A program made the position numbers and the translations under genes. From contig JBNKOC010000021.1 in assembly GCA_050294405.1 (NCBI GenBank), forward strand, positions 18,335 to 82,334: a DNA stretch of 64,000 nt, given 5' to 3'. Position 1 is the stretch's first letter. Each line of letters starts with the position of its first letter. Shown piece by piece: positions 39,509 to 50,600 of the stretch. Under the pieces are notes generated by a model. It did not search any database and had not been told where the DNA came from. It worked only from the letters and a program-made list of their open reading frames with translations. The stretch is from Fibrobacteria bacterium. Lineage in GTDB: Bacteria > Fibrobacterota > Fibrobacteria > UBA11236 > JADFYW01.

Positions 39509-41302
39509 TTATTCAAACTTAGCGTAATAAAGGCCTTCCCCTTGTAATTCCACTTTAACATTTGATTGGTTTGAAACATTAATGGAGTGAATTTCTCTTC
39601 CAGCTAAGTCGAAAATGCGCAAATGGCTTGCTCCCATTGGAACTCTAAATTGGGAATTGCCTTTTAAGCCAAAATTAACCTGACGAATCATGAATTGTTC
39701 GCCAGTCTTAATTGCAATAACTGGGGGATCTGGTTTTTTAACAATAATCCCCTCGCATTCAGAGATATCGTATTGAGGTCCGGTATATTCCCAACGAGCC
39801 AAAACGCCGCCAGTTTGCCAGCCTGAATACCCAAACCCGCCAGTATATAAGGCATATAATACTCCATCCGGGCCCATATCAAAATCAATGGGAGAGTTTT
39901 CTTCAGTTATGGGGTTTCCATTTCCGCTAGGTTGAAAGGCCTCGATTTTTTGGAGTACCCCATTGGAGTCTACATCGAAAACCCAAACTTTACCTCTTAC
40001 CCAGTCTCCCCCAATAAATTTTCCCTGAAAGTAGGGAGGCATTCTATTGGGTGAAAGACCATCCCCCTCAGAGTCGTACCAATAACGGGGTCCACCAATG
40101 GCAGATTCTCCACCACCACCCAGGAAGCTATTTAAACCTTGTTGGTTCCCATCTTCATTGTACCAGGACAAAGCTGGAGTTGCAGGTGGCAAATCCGTAA
40201 GACCTGTATTGGCGGGAGATAGGTTTTGCAAATTATCCAAATCAAAATACTCGTTTAAATTGTAAGCCCCTTCCGCAGAGCTAGTGGGTTTATAAGCCTG
40301 ATTGTTAGCATTGGCAAAAGGCCAGCCGAAGTTGGCAGGTTCGGTAACCAAATTAAATTCGTCATGTCCCTGAGGCTCCTGATTTCTAGGGTCTGCCGCA
40401 TCGGGGCCTACTTCTCCAATAAAAACCCAGCCAGTAATGGAATCTACCCGAATACGATAAGGGTTGCGGTGGCCCATGGATAAAATTTCGGGTCGGGTTT
40501 TATTTTCGGTATCTTCAGCTTCGTCAAAGAGATTTCCCTCGGGAATGTTATAGGTACTGCCCACGCCTTCGGAAGGGTTTTCTGAATCGGGAAAAGGAAT
40601 AGGAGTAATACGCAAAACTTTGCCCCTTAGATCATTGGTATTTCCGGCAGTAGCCAAAGCATTCACTCCGGTAATTTCGTTGGCAGGTCTTCCATTACAT
40701 GGTGATTGAGTCCCCCGAGGTCCGTAACGGCCGTTGTCGCTAAATGGATTTGAATCATCACCAGTACTAAGGTAAAAGTCACCGTGTTTGTCGAAGGTCA
40801 ACCCACCCGCCGCGTGGCTGGTGGAACCCCTCTGGAAACTCAGCAAATCTTTTTTATTAGTAAGCTGGTTATTTTCCACGGTAAAACGCACTAAAAAATG
40901 CTTGTGATCATAAACATTTGCCCCACGGCAATCTGTAGTAGTGTTATTGCTCATTTTTTTCGAATAAAATACATATATCCATTTATTTTCTTCATAGTTT
41001 GGATCGGCTGCAACTCCGAGCAAACCGTTTTCCACTACGCCACCATCATCGATATATAGGGCGTTGTCCACTTTTCCAAGGTTAACCACCTGGCCTGTGG
41101 CATCTACATAAAGCTTAATATTTCCAGTTAACATTTCTGCGATAAAAACATCTTTATTTTTACCAATAGACATGGCTACCGAGGCAGCAATATTCTCTGT
41201 AAGAATGTTCTTTTCCCACTGACTAGCCGGGGGCAACTGGCAGGTTTGGCCATAAGCCATTCCCAATCCCAATGCCACTATCGCCAATTTCGCGAATCTC
41301 AT
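39509..41302 (-). CDS. secreted PQQ-dependent sugar dehydrogenase-like (GSDH) beta-propeller with T9SS-type CTD
   Basis: ENGLLGVAADP, HAAGGL.F, STGD, DLRGKVLRI, MGHRNPYR, GEVGPD, NFGWP; CTD IFDLAGREI...GLYY. Confidence 0.85.
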   Translation of the reverse strand: MRFAKLAIVALGLGMAYGQTCQLPPASQWEKNILTENIAASVAMSIGKNKDVFIAEMLTGNIKLYVDATGQVVNLGKVDNALYIDDGGVVENGLLGVAADPNYEENKWIYVFYSKKMSNNTTTDCRGANVYDHKHFLVRFTVENNQLTNKKDLLSFQRGSTSHAAGGLTFDKHGDFYLSTGDDSNPFSDNGRYGPRGTQSPCNGRPANEITGVNALATAGNTNDLRGKVLRITPIPFPDSENPSEGVGSTYNIPEGNLFDEAEDTENKTRPEILSMGHRNPYRIRVDSITGWVFIGEVGPDAADPRNQEPQGHDEFNLVTEPANFGWPFANANNQAYKPTSSAEGAYNLNEYFDLDNLQNLSPANTGLTDLPPATPALSWYNEDGNQQGLNSFLGGGGESAIGGPRYWYDSEGDGLSPNRMPPYFQGKFIGGDWVRGKVWVFDVDSNGVLQKIEAFQPSGNGNPITEENSPIDFDMGPDGVLYALYTGGFGYSGWQTGGVLARWEYTGPQYDISECEGIIVKKPDPPVIAIKTGEQFMIRQVNFGLKGNSQFRVPMGASHLRIFDLAGREIHSINVSNQSNVKVELQGEGLYYAKFE

Positions 41303-41344
41303 TTTTTTAACCTCCCTATTTTTGCCTCGCCAAAAGCAAAAATT

Positions 41345-42583
41345 TTAAAATCCCTTATTTAAAACCATCTTCTCGGTTTTATTAAAATCGGCCCCTAAAA
41401 TTTGAATAAAATATACTCCTGCTTCGAGGCCCTTCCCCAATTCCAATTCAGCGCTGCCATTCATGGAATACTCTTCCACTATTTTACCATTTACATTTTG
41501 GACGGCAACTTTATAATTCATTAAATCCGGTACATACAATTTATTGTTTCTGGCATCCCATTCAATAGTGCGAGCCATTAATTGTGATTGGGTCGCCGTA
41601 TTTTGACAGGCTCCATCAGGCTCGTAAGTGGCCTCGGGATTGTATTCTTGATAAGTGCTATCCATACAACCGGGCACGCCTGCTTCACAAAGGCTTTCAT
41701 CGTGTTTAACAACATAGGATTTATAATTTGCCGCAGTTTCATCTTTACAACCCACCAGGTCCACCACTTCAATGGTCCGGAACCGGAAAGGATGTGATTC
41801 TGCCTGAATAACAATGTACCCTTCCGTAATAGGCTCATTGTCAGTAATATTGATAGTCACACCTCCTGCCCCTGAATTACTGGCTTGTACAGGACGGTAG
41901 TAAGTAATATCCGGGTTTTCAGTTACTGATGGTCCGTTGTAATGACGGATGATGGAGTCTCCTAAAACCAGGAAAGAAGCCCATGCCCATTCGCCGGAAC
42001 CAGGACGTTCATTATTAGATGCCGAATAACAATGGTCATTATTCCGGGATCCGCCCGACGGCTGGGTATAAAAAGCCGTTCCCGGGGTGCAGAGATTCAA
42101 AGTGCTGTTATTATCGGAAGCCGTGTTGCCAGCGCCTAGCAATTGGGCTTCCATGCTAACTGGAAAATCCTGATTCTGGCCCATGCTTTCAATGGACTGG
42201 GAATGCAGCATCATACCATTGTTCTGATACGCCCATGAGGGACCGCCGCTCACCTGGTTTCCCCAATGTTGGTACTCCACTCTTAAAAAATAAAAGGAAA
42301 AGGGACGCAATTTGTATCCTGCATGACCGAACTCCCCGTTAAAACCACTCCAGTCCTCATAGTTCACTTCCAGGTTGCCATCAACAGATCGAAAAGTGTT
42401 GTTGAAGTTGGTGTTTAATGAACTGCCGGTAATTTTTATATCCCAGTCATCCAGGTTGTCCCCATCCCATAATTGAATCCAAACTGAATCATCAGGCGCA
42501 TTAACGGCTTGTGCAAAAGATGTATAACTCCCTAAATACAAAAAAAAGCTAACAAGCATTAAATACTTTGATAACATAAACAT
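41345..42583 (-). CDS. secreted DUF1080 (3-keto-disaccharide hydrolase-like) protein with T9SS-type CTD
   Basis: WIQLWDG.NLDDW, NNGMMLH, SMEAQL, GYIVIQAESHP.RFR; Cys repeats GCKD/GCMD; CTD VNGKIV...AGVYFI. Confidence 0.85.
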   Translation of the reverse strand: MFMLSKYLMLVSFFLYLGSYTSFAQAVNAPDDSVWIQLWDGDNLDDWDIKITGSSLNTNFNNTFRSVDGNLEVNYEDWSGFNGEFGHAGYKLRPFSFYFLRVEYQHWGNQVSGGPSWAYQNNGMMLHSQSIESMGQNQDFPVSMEAQLLGAGNTASDNNSTLNLCTPGTAFYTQPSGGSRNNDHCYSASNNERPGSGEWAWASFLVLGDSIIRHYNGPSVTENPDITYYRPVQASNSGAGGVTINITDNEPITEGYIVIQAESHPFRFRTIEVVDLVGCKDETAANYKSYVVKHDESLCEAGVPGCMDSTYQEYNPEATYEPDGACQNTATQSQLMARTIEWDARNNKLYVPDLMNYKVAVQNVNGKIVEEYSMNGSAELELGKGLEAGVYFIQILGADFNKTEKMVLNKGF

Positions 42584-42615
42584 TTTCCCCCTCTAAATTT
42601 TATGGCCTATCTCGC

Positions 42616-43989
42616 TCACCAAAATAGGCGTTCCACCTTCTGAGCTTTTTCGGATTTAAATAGCAAGAAAATAAACCCTCTTTTATCTTGGCTCATTATA
42701 TTTTTCAAATATAATGTCTCAGTGGAATTTTCGGGAATAAAACTGTGCAACAAACTTCCGGAAACATCATAAAATTCAATTTTATTAGGAATTTCACTCT
42801 GTGAAAAACGGGCGTTTTTAATGTCGCCAATATTAATGTGAAACTTTTTAGCTGTTGGAGCCTGGTTGGAAAGGCTTATAGCAACGGAACCCTCTGCAAC
42901 ACCAGCCATAACATAGTCTTCCGCGGAAACCCTAATCTTAATACCTGTACCCTCAATATCAGAAGGGGTCCAAGAATGGCTGCCGATATTTTCAATATTT
43001 TCAGCAACATAATCCCAATTGTTACCATCATCCAATGAGTATTCAATATTTACATTTTCTATTTCCCCGATGCTTTCCCAAGTAATAGCAATAGATTGAC
43101 CAGACTGTATTTCTTTATCTTCGTTGGGGCTTGTTACTAAAATTTTATGAAGGTAATCCGGCCCATTTTCGGGAAGTTCCATAATTTCCCAGTTTTTATA
43201 CATGATTTCTGCACTTTCAGCTTGAAGGGCTATTTTTCCTTTTGACCAAGGGGTTTCGCTATTGCCATTGGGGACCCGAATGTTAAAAAGCTCCAAGAGT
43301 TTTTTCCCCCCAGCTGTGTGTACGGCTCTTTCTGAGCCTCGAACAATAATTTCCATATCGTTCCAGGTTCTATCCTGATAGGGGTTTTGCCCCACATGAG
43401 AAAGGGAATAAACTTGCCGGTGGTTTCCGGACCAGCTAGTGGTAGTGGAATTACTGCCTTCTTCGTATTGGTTCGTGCCTGGACGAACCGGAACTTCGTA
43501 GGTAACATCCTGGATTGAAAAAGCATCTGCTGTTTCTTGTTTACGCATTTGACATTCAATAGACCTGGGCCAATTGTTATTCATACGAGGGAAGTCCTCT
43601 GTGAGATGATACATAAGACCAGCGTTGTCGTTAGGGCCAGTATTATCGCCAAAGCGGTATTGCACCCTCATGCGATAATGTGAGAATTCCGCATCAGTCC
43701 CGAGATGTCCCCCCCCGGGACTGACGTGTATGATGGGATCTCCTGTGCCGGATTCTGTTTGTACTTGAAATACTGCATCCGGTTGATCGGAGACGTCCTC
43801 CCCATACATGCGCGAGTATAAACCATCAAAATTTTCACCATTGAAAAGGGACACCCAGCCTGAATCGGCTTTGGTGAGTTGGGCCGAGGGGCTTACCATG
43901 GGGAGGGCAAAAAAGACGAACCCCCAATTAAGAAGGTTCAACTTTTTTGGTTCCCTCAACATCACCCTACCAAGGATATTCTTCCCCAT
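42616..43989 (-). CDS. secreted DUF1080 protein with Ig-like domain and T9SS-type CTD
   Basis: GWVSLFNGENFDG, NAGLMYH, WPRSIECQ, GKIALQAESAEI.YKN; CTD FYDVSGSLL. Confidence 0.85.
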   Translation of the reverse strand: MGKNILGRVMLREPKKLNLLNWGFVFFALPMVSPSAQLTKADSGWVSLFNGENFDGLYSRMYGEDVSDQPDAVFQVQTESGTGDPIIHVSPGGGHLGTDAEFSHYRMRVQYRFGDNTGPNDNAGLMYHLTEDFPRMNNNWPRSIECQMRKQETADAFSIQDVTYEVPVRPGTNQYEEGSNSTTTSWSGNHRQVYSLSHVGQNPYQDRTWNDMEIIVRGSERAVHTAGGKKLLELFNIRVPNGNSETPWSKGKIALQAESAEIMYKNWEIMELPENGPDYLHKILVTSPNEDKEIQSGQSIAITWESIGEIENVNIEYSLDDGNNWDYVAENIENIGSHSWTPSDIEGTGIKIRVSAEDYVMAGVAEGSVAISLSNQAPTAKKFHINIGDIKNARFSQSEIPNKIEFYDVSGSLLHSFIPENSTETLYLKNIMSQDKRGFIFLLFKSEKAQKVERLFW

Positions 43990-44313
43990 GCTTTCCCCCT
44001 TACCTGCCCTTTTTAATAAAAAGGGCGGATTTTGCCTCCCCGGCCCCCCTTCCTTTGGATCTTGCTTAAAAATATAGTGCCATTTTTAAAATCTCACAAC
44101 AGGATTTTTATTTTTTTTCAAAAATAAAAATCCTAAATATTTCGCCTAAAAAACCAATTTTAGGGCAAAATACGCCTCTAAAATTCTCAAATCGCAATTT
44201 CTAAAAAAAGAATTTTGCTTATATTTTTTGATTCTTTTTTTATAAACCGGCAGAAATACAGATCAAAATCCGGCGCTTTTTCCGGAAGGTAGGCCAAAAA
44301 AATTTAAAGAGAT

Positions 44314-46161
44314 TTAAAAGACGATGCTGCGGCGGCTATATACGGCATCGCCCACCTGGACTTTAATTAGGTATAACCCTGGCTGGAGGCTTTTTTTTAC
44401 GGAATAAACCATGGGTTGGGCCCCTGTGGCGCTATCCAGCTCTGGCCCTTCTAATTTAGAAACAGATAATTTAAAAGGTTGCTCGAAGGGAACGTGAATA
44501 TCCAACTTGCCCATGCGACCTTTTTCCACTTTGAACTGAGTGGCTTGTTTGCGGGCCAGTTCCACCCTTCGGTCTTTTTCTTCGGCGGTCATTTTCGCAC
44601 TGCAGGATTTGCCAAAATCATAAACCGCTGCCGGGTTATACTCCACAAATTCTGGTTGCATACATCCCATAACATCAGCCGGGCCCATCCAATTCAGGGT
44701 ATACCAGGCTTCATCGCCCCAAAGAGTCTCCCCTTCTTTGGACAATACCCTGTTTAGTTTCAAATGGTACAACCGCCCCTCCTGAATACCGGGAATAATT
44801 AACCTTGCTTTTTTGCGGTTATCCGATAGTTCCACGGCGGCTACCTTCATTTTTCGAAGACCCACTTTATTTCCTGCACCGTAATGCTGGCTTGGCGCAA
44901 AACCCCAGCTTTCGATGTTATAAGCGCCGCGATTTTGACCAGACCTTCCCACAGGCTGCGTGAACTCCACTTCAAAACCGTCTTCCATGCTTCGCACCGC
45001 CAGCATTTCAAAAGGAACTTTTCCATTGGGCACAAGTTTTTGCAAGCCAGTCCATGTGTTATTCCAGTTCCAATCGGACCAGCCACCAAGCCCCACGGCA
45101 TCGCCACCGCCCACGCCACCCACATACAAAGCTCCATCGGGGCCGAATTTTAGCCTGTTAACTCCCGCTTCGATTCCGTTTTTTAAGTTACTCTCACTAA
45201 ATCGAAAGATACATGCCTGGTATTCGCCTTTGATGCGTTCCAAAAAATATCGCTTGATACCACCTTTGTGTACATCCCCAATTAACATCTGCCCTTTGAA
45301 CACTCCATCTGTTACCAAAACAGGTTCGCTAATGGAGTTGCCCACTTCATCCTGAGGCACCCAGGCGGCAGGAGGCACAGGAGTATCTTTTACAAAGGGA
45401 GTTTTGGGGTTCATCTTAAAACCGTAGAAGCGGCCCTCTTTCAAATGCACAAACTTATTTGAGGGAAGCCATTGGCCCTGATTGTCTGTGGAAAAAATTT
45501 CACCATCGGGCCCTAAGGCAAGGCCGTTGGGGTTTCGCAGTCCGCCTAAAAGGTTTTCATGCGGTCCTTTTCCATCAAAAGGAATTTTAATCAAAGTACC
45601 CCTGTCCTGTGCTCCCTGGCCAAGAACACCGGCCCAGTAAACCCTGTCGTTGCTCAGGGTAATGTACCAGGAACTGTCCAACATTAACAAACCGTAAGCA
45701 TGCCAGGTACCCTGGCGCATTTCAAACTTTTCATCAAAACCCCAGCCATCATAAACTGTGGTTATTTCGCCCACCCCGTTGGAATCGGCATCGGTAATTT
45801 TAATAAGACGGGTTTTTTCCACCACATAAATTTCATCATTTACAACCTTAAGGCCCATGGGTTCTCTTAGGCCGCCAACCAGTTCTTGTATCTTAACATT
45901 TTTTGAATCGCTGCCATCCACCCCGCTCAAAATGTAAACCTTTCCACGGGAAACTTTAAAACCTCCCCAGGAAACTATGACCAGGCGACCATCAGACATA
46001 AAATCCATTCCGCCAATACCCACTGGCTTAAATTCATTATCCCCTTCACCGGGACGCAAATTAACAAGGTCAAATCCCGGATGTATGCTATTGGAATAGG
46101 ATAATGCCATTGCCATTAATAGCGCGGCCCATGTTTTGGATAATAATTTTAAGTCCATCAT
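44314..46161 (-). CDS. secreted beta-propeller (GSDH-like sugar oxidoreductase superfamily) with T9SS-type CTD
   Basis: GGMDF.SDGRL, GLREPMGL, GGLRNPNG, TDNQGQWLP, FGPDGALYVG; CTD PGLYLIKV. Confidence 0.7.
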   Translation of the reverse strand: MMDLKLLSKTWAALLMAMALSYSNSIHPGFDLVNLRPGEGDNEFKPVGIGGMDFMSDGRLVIVSWGGFKVSRGKVYILSGVDGSDSKNVKIQELVGGLREPMGLKVVNDEIYVVEKTRLIKITDADSNGVGEITTVYDGWGFDEKFEMRQGTWHAYGLLMLDSSWYITLSNDRVYWAGVLGQGAQDRGTLIKIPFDGKGPHENLLGGLRNPNGLALGPDGEIFSTDNQGQWLPSNKFVHLKEGRFYGFKMNPKTPFVKDTPVPPAAWVPQDEVGNSISEPVLVTDGVFKGQMLIGDVHKGGIKRYFLERIKGEYQACIFRFSESNLKNGIEAGVNRLKFGPDGALYVGGVGGGDAVGLGGWSDWNWNNTWTGLQKLVPNGKVPFEMLAVRSMEDGFEVEFTQPVGRSGQNRGAYNIESWGFAPSQHYGAGNKVGLRKMKVAAVELSDNRKKARLIIPGIQEGRLYHLKLNRVLSKEGETLWGDEAWYTLNWMGPADVMGCMQPEFVEYNPAAVYDFGKSCSAKMTAEEKDRRVELARKQATQFKVEKGRMGKLDIHVPFEQPFKLSVSKLEGPELDSATGAQPMVYSVKKSLQPGLYLIKVQVGDAVYSRRSIVF

Positions 46162-46374
46162 AATATCAGTAGCAAAATCCTGAATTAAAATGAATACGTC
46201 CCTATAAAAATTATACCATTCAAATAAACGGCAATCCCCAATAAATTGGGGTTATCGCCATTTTTAACTGATTTTAGGCGTTTTTTGTACTAGTTAGAAG
46301 TGCAGCCCTGGTTTTTCCTCACCGCAGTTTACATTTTGCTGTTTTTAAATTGGCAATTAAGGAAAAAGCCTTAT

Positions 46375-46845
46375 TTAGGAAATCCCCCGCCTTGCCCGAT
46401 AAATTTTTCCCTTTTCAATTCTTATGGGAAAGTCAGGTAATTTGGAGCCTTTTTTTGCAGGTCCCCGGAGGCGTTTGCCTGTTTCCAGATCAAAATAGGA
46501 GTCGTGGAGAAAACAGCGGATTTCTCCGTTTTTAATATCCAGGGGCTGATGCCTCTCGCCATCATTCAACTCGCAGGCTGTGTGGGGACAAAAGGATTCG
46601 TAAGCTTTTATCTCTTTTTCTGTTTTTACTAACAAAACCGGTTTCCCGCTGCGAAGGTATACCAAGGTGGCGTTATTTAATTTGAGTTGTTCCTCTTTAG
46701 CCAACAAGCCATCTTTTTTTTCGGATAAGGCTTCCATTTCATGCATCCCCCGGTATTTCCAGGAACAGCCCGCGGTGAAAATCGCGCCCGAAACAGCCAT
46801 ACATCCCTTTACAAAATTTCTTCTGGAATTATTGATGTTATCCAT
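46375..46845 (-). CDS. Tat-exported Rieske [2Fe-2S] (lipo)protein
   Basis: SRRNFVK twin-arginine motif, TAGC lipobox, CPHTAC...CFLHDS.FD. Confidence 0.9.
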   Translation of the reverse strand: MDNINNSRRNFVKGCMAVSGAIFTAGCSWKYRGMHEMEALSEKKDGLLAKEEQLKLNNATLVYLRSGKPVLLVKTEKEIKAYESFCPHTACELNDGERHQPLDIKNGEIRCFLHDSYFDLETGKRLRGPAKKGSKLPDFPIRIEKGKIYRARRGIS

Positions 46846-47687
46846 TATTTCCCCGTCATTTCCCTGATGATGTTAAAACCAAAACGCAGGTTGCTTTTGG
46901 ATGTTTGATGGTTAATGGCCCCCGCAGCCATGTCGCCCGGATTATTAAAATCATGATTGGAAATCACAAATCCAAAACTGTGTTTGTAAATTCGATACTT
47001 CAGGCCAACAGAAAAATTATCTACGATGAGTCCGGTAATATCCTCTCTCATATAGCCATACATGGGCCTTATATACTCGGCGCCCAAAGTCCATCTATCC
47101 ATTCTAATTCCCAGATTTCCGCCCAGAGCTAGAGTATAATCTGCGGGGCCCTGTGGATTGATGTCCGCAGCGGTCTTTGTATTGTGTTGGTATAAGCCTG
47201 CCGCCGTAAGGAACAACTTTTGCCGAAAAAATTCCCGGGCCAAAATCAAATTGCTCCCCCAGGTTCCCCGTCCCTTTATTCCTTCCTGGGTACGGATTCC
47301 GTAGTTGGCCTCCACACTTAAGCTCAAAGGTTTTTTATCGATTCTTTGGTGGAAGAAATTAAAGCGGGTTTGGAAAGAATACAGTTTGGTAAATCCATAG
47401 CGGGCAACGGTAAAATCCGCAAGGTTAGCCCAGCCCGCCGATAATACAATTCCGATGTTGGCGCTGCCATCCGCCCCCAGCAATTTGGTATATACATTTT
47501 CAAAGCTACCTTCCTCTTCCAAGGGAGTATTAAAACGGTGTCCAATATCCAGGTGAAGGGCTTTGGCCTGTGTAACCTGATAACCGGGAAGGTTTAAAAA
47601 GTTTCTCTCGTAAAGCCCAGGCACATATGCCGTAGCTGCGGCGGCCACCCAAAGGGCTATTTTTAAAAATTTTAAGTTTCCATACAT
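46845..47687 (-). CDS. outer-membrane beta-barrel, DUF5777-like
   Basis: Start re-assigned to ATG 47687 (AAGGA RBS); LNLP, IGHRF, LGADG.ANI, HSFGFVISN, RFGFNIIR. Confidence 0.7.
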   Translation of the reverse strand: MYGNLKFLKIALWVAAAATAYVPGLYERNFLNLPGYQVTQAKALHLDIGHRFNTPLEEEGSFENVYTKLLGADGSANIGIVLSAGWANLADFTVARYGFTKLYSFQTRFNFFHQRIDKKPLSLSVEANYGIRTQEGIKGRGTWGSNLILAREFFRQKLFLTAAGLYQHNTKTAADINPQGPADYTLALGGNLGIRMDRWTLGAEYIRPMYGYMREDITGLIVDNFSVGLKYRIYKHSFGFVISNHDFNNPGDMAAGAINHQTSKSNLRFGFNIIREMTGK

Positions 47688-47697
47688 AACAATATCC

Positions 47698-50600
47698 TTA
47701 TTGAGGGGCTCCTCCCAAAATCCAGTCCGCCAATCGAGCCCTTTCTTCTGCAGTGGGCTGAATTTCTTTGGCAGGGGGCATACTTTCATCTGTAATAGTG
47801 TTCAAATAAATCAAATCCAGATTACCTGGTTTAGCGGTAATATTTGGGTAACTATCCAGTTTTAACCTTTTGGGAGCGGCTCTGCCTGAATGGCAGCCTA
47901 CGCAATATTTATCGAAAAAGGGCTTAATGTAATTATCTGTATAACGATAATCAGTATTGCCACTGTGAATGGTAAACACATCAGATGTATCTTCATTGCT
48001 AAGGCCACGGTCATCCATAGCTACAGCTCGGATACGGTAGTCGCTGCCATTAGAAAGCCCTGCAGTGCTCCAGGAGTAGTTACCGGAATTTGCTCCATTG
48101 TAAATTTCTGTCCAGTTTAAATCGCTCTGGGCTGCAAGCAAAGTGATGTTAATCCCATCTCCATCCAAATCCTCCGCGCTCCAATTAATGGCAACGCTTC
48201 CATCGGTAAAGGTTTGTCCTGCAGTTGGACTGGATATGAGGATACTGGGCTTGGTATTGTCTCTTAAAGGGATAAAAACACTACCTGGGGCGTAAGTCCA
48301 TAGGGTATCATTCACCCCATCGGAAATAGAGCTGTAAATAAAGTATTCCATGTTACTGGGCAGGGAAGATGTATTCCAGTTAAAGCTGCTGTCGCTGTTT
48401 TCCCTTAAACCTGAAACAATCAAACTTCCATTATTACCTGAATTGTTAGTATCGTAATATAAATTGATTACCGCATCGTTATCTGGATCCTCTGCCAGCC
48501 AGCTAATGATAAAATTATCATTTAACACATTTTGCGCTGCGCTGGAGGGAGTGATAAAGCTAAAACTCGGAGCTTCACTTACCCCCTCCTGGCCTTCGGG
48601 CATTCCGGCACCCAGCCACATGGCAATTTGCTCCAGCTCAGAAGCTGTTAAATCAGGATCGCCTTTGGGAGGCATTAAATCCTGAATCAAGTTTGACTGA
48701 ATTTGAGAACCCTTTTCCACACTTCCATTTAAATTCGCTGTTTTTGAGTATAAACTCAAATCAAAAGTTTCCGGAGCGTTGTTGTCAAAGGGGCTTTGGT
48801 GGCAGCTATTGCATTTGTCATTAAATATGGGCAAAATGGTCCCGTAAAATGTGGGAGCCGTTCCATTTATGTGGACTATCCCAAATTTGGAACTTGTCAC
48901 AGTATCGCTCAATCCCCCCGGTACATCAGTCACAATAATTTTTAAATAATAATGCAAGCCGAAAGAAATAGAGCTTAAATCCCATAGGTAACTGGATACA
49001 TCGCTTAGGGAAGCTATTTCGGTAAAGGTTAAGCTGTCGGTGGAAAGTTGTATAGATACATTCAAAGCATCCCCATCGGGATCGTTCATATTCCATTCCA
49101 AAGTTAGACTTCCATTTGCAAACAGCTCCCCGGCTAGTGAAGTTATAAAGCTCAAACTGGGGGTGGTATTTCTATCCGCCGTTTCCAGTGTTCCCTTGGA
49201 AGCCACCCAAAGTTCGGGATTTACATAGTCCTGAATGCGGGCCAAAATTTTAATAACCGTACCACCGGGAACGGCTCCAGAATTAAACACATAATTGGAA
49301 TCGCTATCCTCTTTCAAACCCGCAACTATGGTTACTGTATCGCCGCCAGCTAAAGGAGTCCAGAACAAATCAATGCTGGCGTCATTGTCTAAATCCTCCG
49401 CGCTCCAGCGAATATTGTAACTGTCCGCTGCCAGAACCACTGCGGAGGCCGGTTCCGAAAAGGAAAAGCTGGGGGGAACATTGGTAGCTCCTTTTATCAT
49501 GCCCGATTGAAGCCACAGAGTTAATATCTCTCTTTCTTCGGGTGTCAAATCCACATCATCCGCAGGAGGCATGGTTCTTTCCTCAATACTTCGAATCATG
49601 ATGTTTTCTGCTTGAGCCACCACTGCTTCATAGGTCAACAAATTAAAGCTATCCGGCGCGTCAAAGTCAGGGGGGTCCCCATGGCAATTGTTGCATTTAA
49701 CAGCTATTATGGGTTTAATATTCCCAAAATAAGTGGGGATGTTTCCGTTGATTAAAGTCACATTGGTTACAGAATCCCAGTCGGACAATCCTTCCCTATC
49801 TGTGGCTTCCACATAAACTCTATATTCTGTCCCTGTTTCAAATTGGGATATATCCCAGTTAAAGCTGCTATCTCCGGTTAATTCTGTATTGTTTATGAGT
49901 GTTAAGCTGCTGAGGGAATCCGTTTTATAATAAAGATTAAAAGACAATACATCTCCTTCGGGGTCCGAAGCCATCCAGCCAATAACATAAGAGGAATCTG
50001 TGATCCCCTCATAGCTTTTTGGAGCCACAAGCTGCACATTTGGCGCGGCATTTCGGTTGGGAATAACCAGGGTTCCCGGAGCTTCCAGCCATATTTTGGG
50101 ATTCACCCCATCAAAGAGGGAAGCAAATATTTTTATTTCCGTTAAGGCCGGATATTGGCGGATATTAAAACTAAACTCATTAACATTGTCCTCGCTTAAA
50201 TTTTCCGCAATTAAAAAGCTGTCCTCTGGAGCACCCAGAGTATAGCCATATAAACTTAATTTGGCGTCGTTGTCTAAATCCAAGGCCTGCCATTTGATGG
50301 TATACAATTCCCCGAACACTGTATCCGAATTCAATGGCGCTAGAAACTCAAGGCTGGGAGGAAGATTGATTTCCCCTTCGGGCATTCCTCCCTGAATCCA
50401 CAACAATAGGGTTTCTATTTCTTCGGCAGCCATTGGCTCTTCTTCTTCGGGAGGCATGGATTTTTCATCTACAGTGCGAATTTTGATGCGTTCTGCCCAA
50501 ACCACGACAGAGTCGTAACTGAGCAAATTAAAGCTGTCCGGCGCATCGTGATCCGCCGGGCTCCCATGGCATTCATTACATCTAAATTCAATAATGGATT

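Noticed and set aside
46236..46251. Short inverted repeat ccccaat-aa-attgggg between the Rieske and propeller genes
   Set aside because: Too short, with no minus-strand U-tract; cannot be assigned as terminator or operator
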